The position numbers and the translations under genes are program-made. From NCBI GenBank assembly GCA_030612885.1, contig JAUWMZ010000001.1, forward strand, positions 68,032-132,031: DNA of 64,000 nucleotides, given 5' to 3'. Origin of the DNA: Candidatus Nealsonbacteria bacterium. GTDB taxonomy: Bacteria; Patescibacteriota; Minisyncoccia; Minisyncoccales; JAGMDC01. Below are positions 63,766 through 64,000 of the stretch, piece after piece. Below the pieces are notes generated by a model. That model saw only the letters and a program-made list of their open reading frames with translations. It was not told the origin of the DNA and did not search any database. Each line of letters opens with the position of its first letter. Position 1 is the stretch's first letter.

Positions 63766-64000
63766 ATGGAAAACAAACTTTGGCATACAAATAAACTAAT
63801 CTGTGGTGATAATTTAGGAGAATTAACTAAACTTCCTAAAGAAAGCGTAGATTTAATTTATATTGACCCTCCATTTTTTACTCATAGGCAATATGAGGTA
63901 ATTTGGGGAGATGAGGCAGAAGTTAGAAGTTTTGAAGATAGATGGGAGGGTGGAATAGAACATTACATTAGTTGGCTAAAACCGAGAGTGCAAGCAATGT
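63766..64000 (+). CDS. DNA N4/N6 methyltransferase (partial, runs off the window)
   Basis: Hand translation gives MENKLWHTNKLICGDNLGELTKLPKESVDLIYIDPPFF..., containing a DPPF/Y-type motif. The ORF is still open at position 64000. Confidence 0.8.
   Translation, partial: MENKLWHTNKLICGDNLGELTKLPKESVDLIYIDPPFFTHRQYEVIWGDEAEVRSFEDRWEGGIEHYISWLKPRVQAM

Larger units (their letters stand above)
54265..64000. mobile_element. integrated element inserted in comM (right end beyond the window)
   Basis: Left junction at about 54265-54290. Cargo: large serine recombinase, iteron-like repeats, P-loop protein, excisionase-type HTH, second serine recombinase, structured RNA, protease and DNA methyltransferase. 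Confidence 0.7.

Noticed and set aside
1-64000. Diversity-generating retroelement, retron or group II intron
   Set aside because: No reverse-transcriptase-like ORF was seen in any frame, and the GAAA hairpins at 59.5 kb do not match the domain 5 shape.

Overview
AT-rich, gene-dense bacterial chromosome segment. Its gene content resembles a Patescibacteria/CPR-type genome, which is an inference, not a database result. Evidence for that: compact housekeeping genes, an HTH-anchored giant surface protein, LamG and lamin-tail-domain proteins, and four-helix-bundle and GxxExxY genes.

Layout:
- 0.1-7.2 kb: type IV pilus assembly operon (pilC, four pseudopilins, pilMNO).
- 7.2-15.2 kb: rpsT, holA, two CheY-like receivers plus a histidine kinase, a 5'-3' exonuclease, an O-antigen-ligase/TPR protein and an AAA ATPase.
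- 15.2-23.4 kb: accessory surface-protein region with an unusual RNA/inverted-repeat locus.
- 23.5-33 kb: tsaE, pilB-type ATPase, an orphan sRNA, LTD protein, yebC, ruvC, tyrS, a REP-flanked Y1 (RAYT-like) transposase and PBP1A.
- 32.8-37.8 kb: origin-type block dnaN-dnaA / rpmH-rnpA-yidD-yidC-jag.
- 37.9-50 kb: type IV secretion-like cluster (VirB4-like ATPase, PrgI-like, VirB6-like, two paralogous pilin-domain fusion proteins, Cys-rich secreted proteins).
- 50.7-52.7 kb: rsmA and a LysM/M23 peptidase.
- 54.2 kb to the window edge: an integrative element inserted into comM. It carries two serine recombinases, an excisionase-type HTH, iteron-like repeats, a structured RNA and a DNA methyltransferase.

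The most notable non-coding signals are three candidate structured RNAs (16.4, 25.5 and 59.5 kb), GC-rich palindromes sitting in-frame inside housekeeping genes, and a REP/RAYT system. No CRISPR array, rRNA, canonical tRNA or reverse transcriptase was seen. All protein calls rest on motif recognition by eye, with no searches run.
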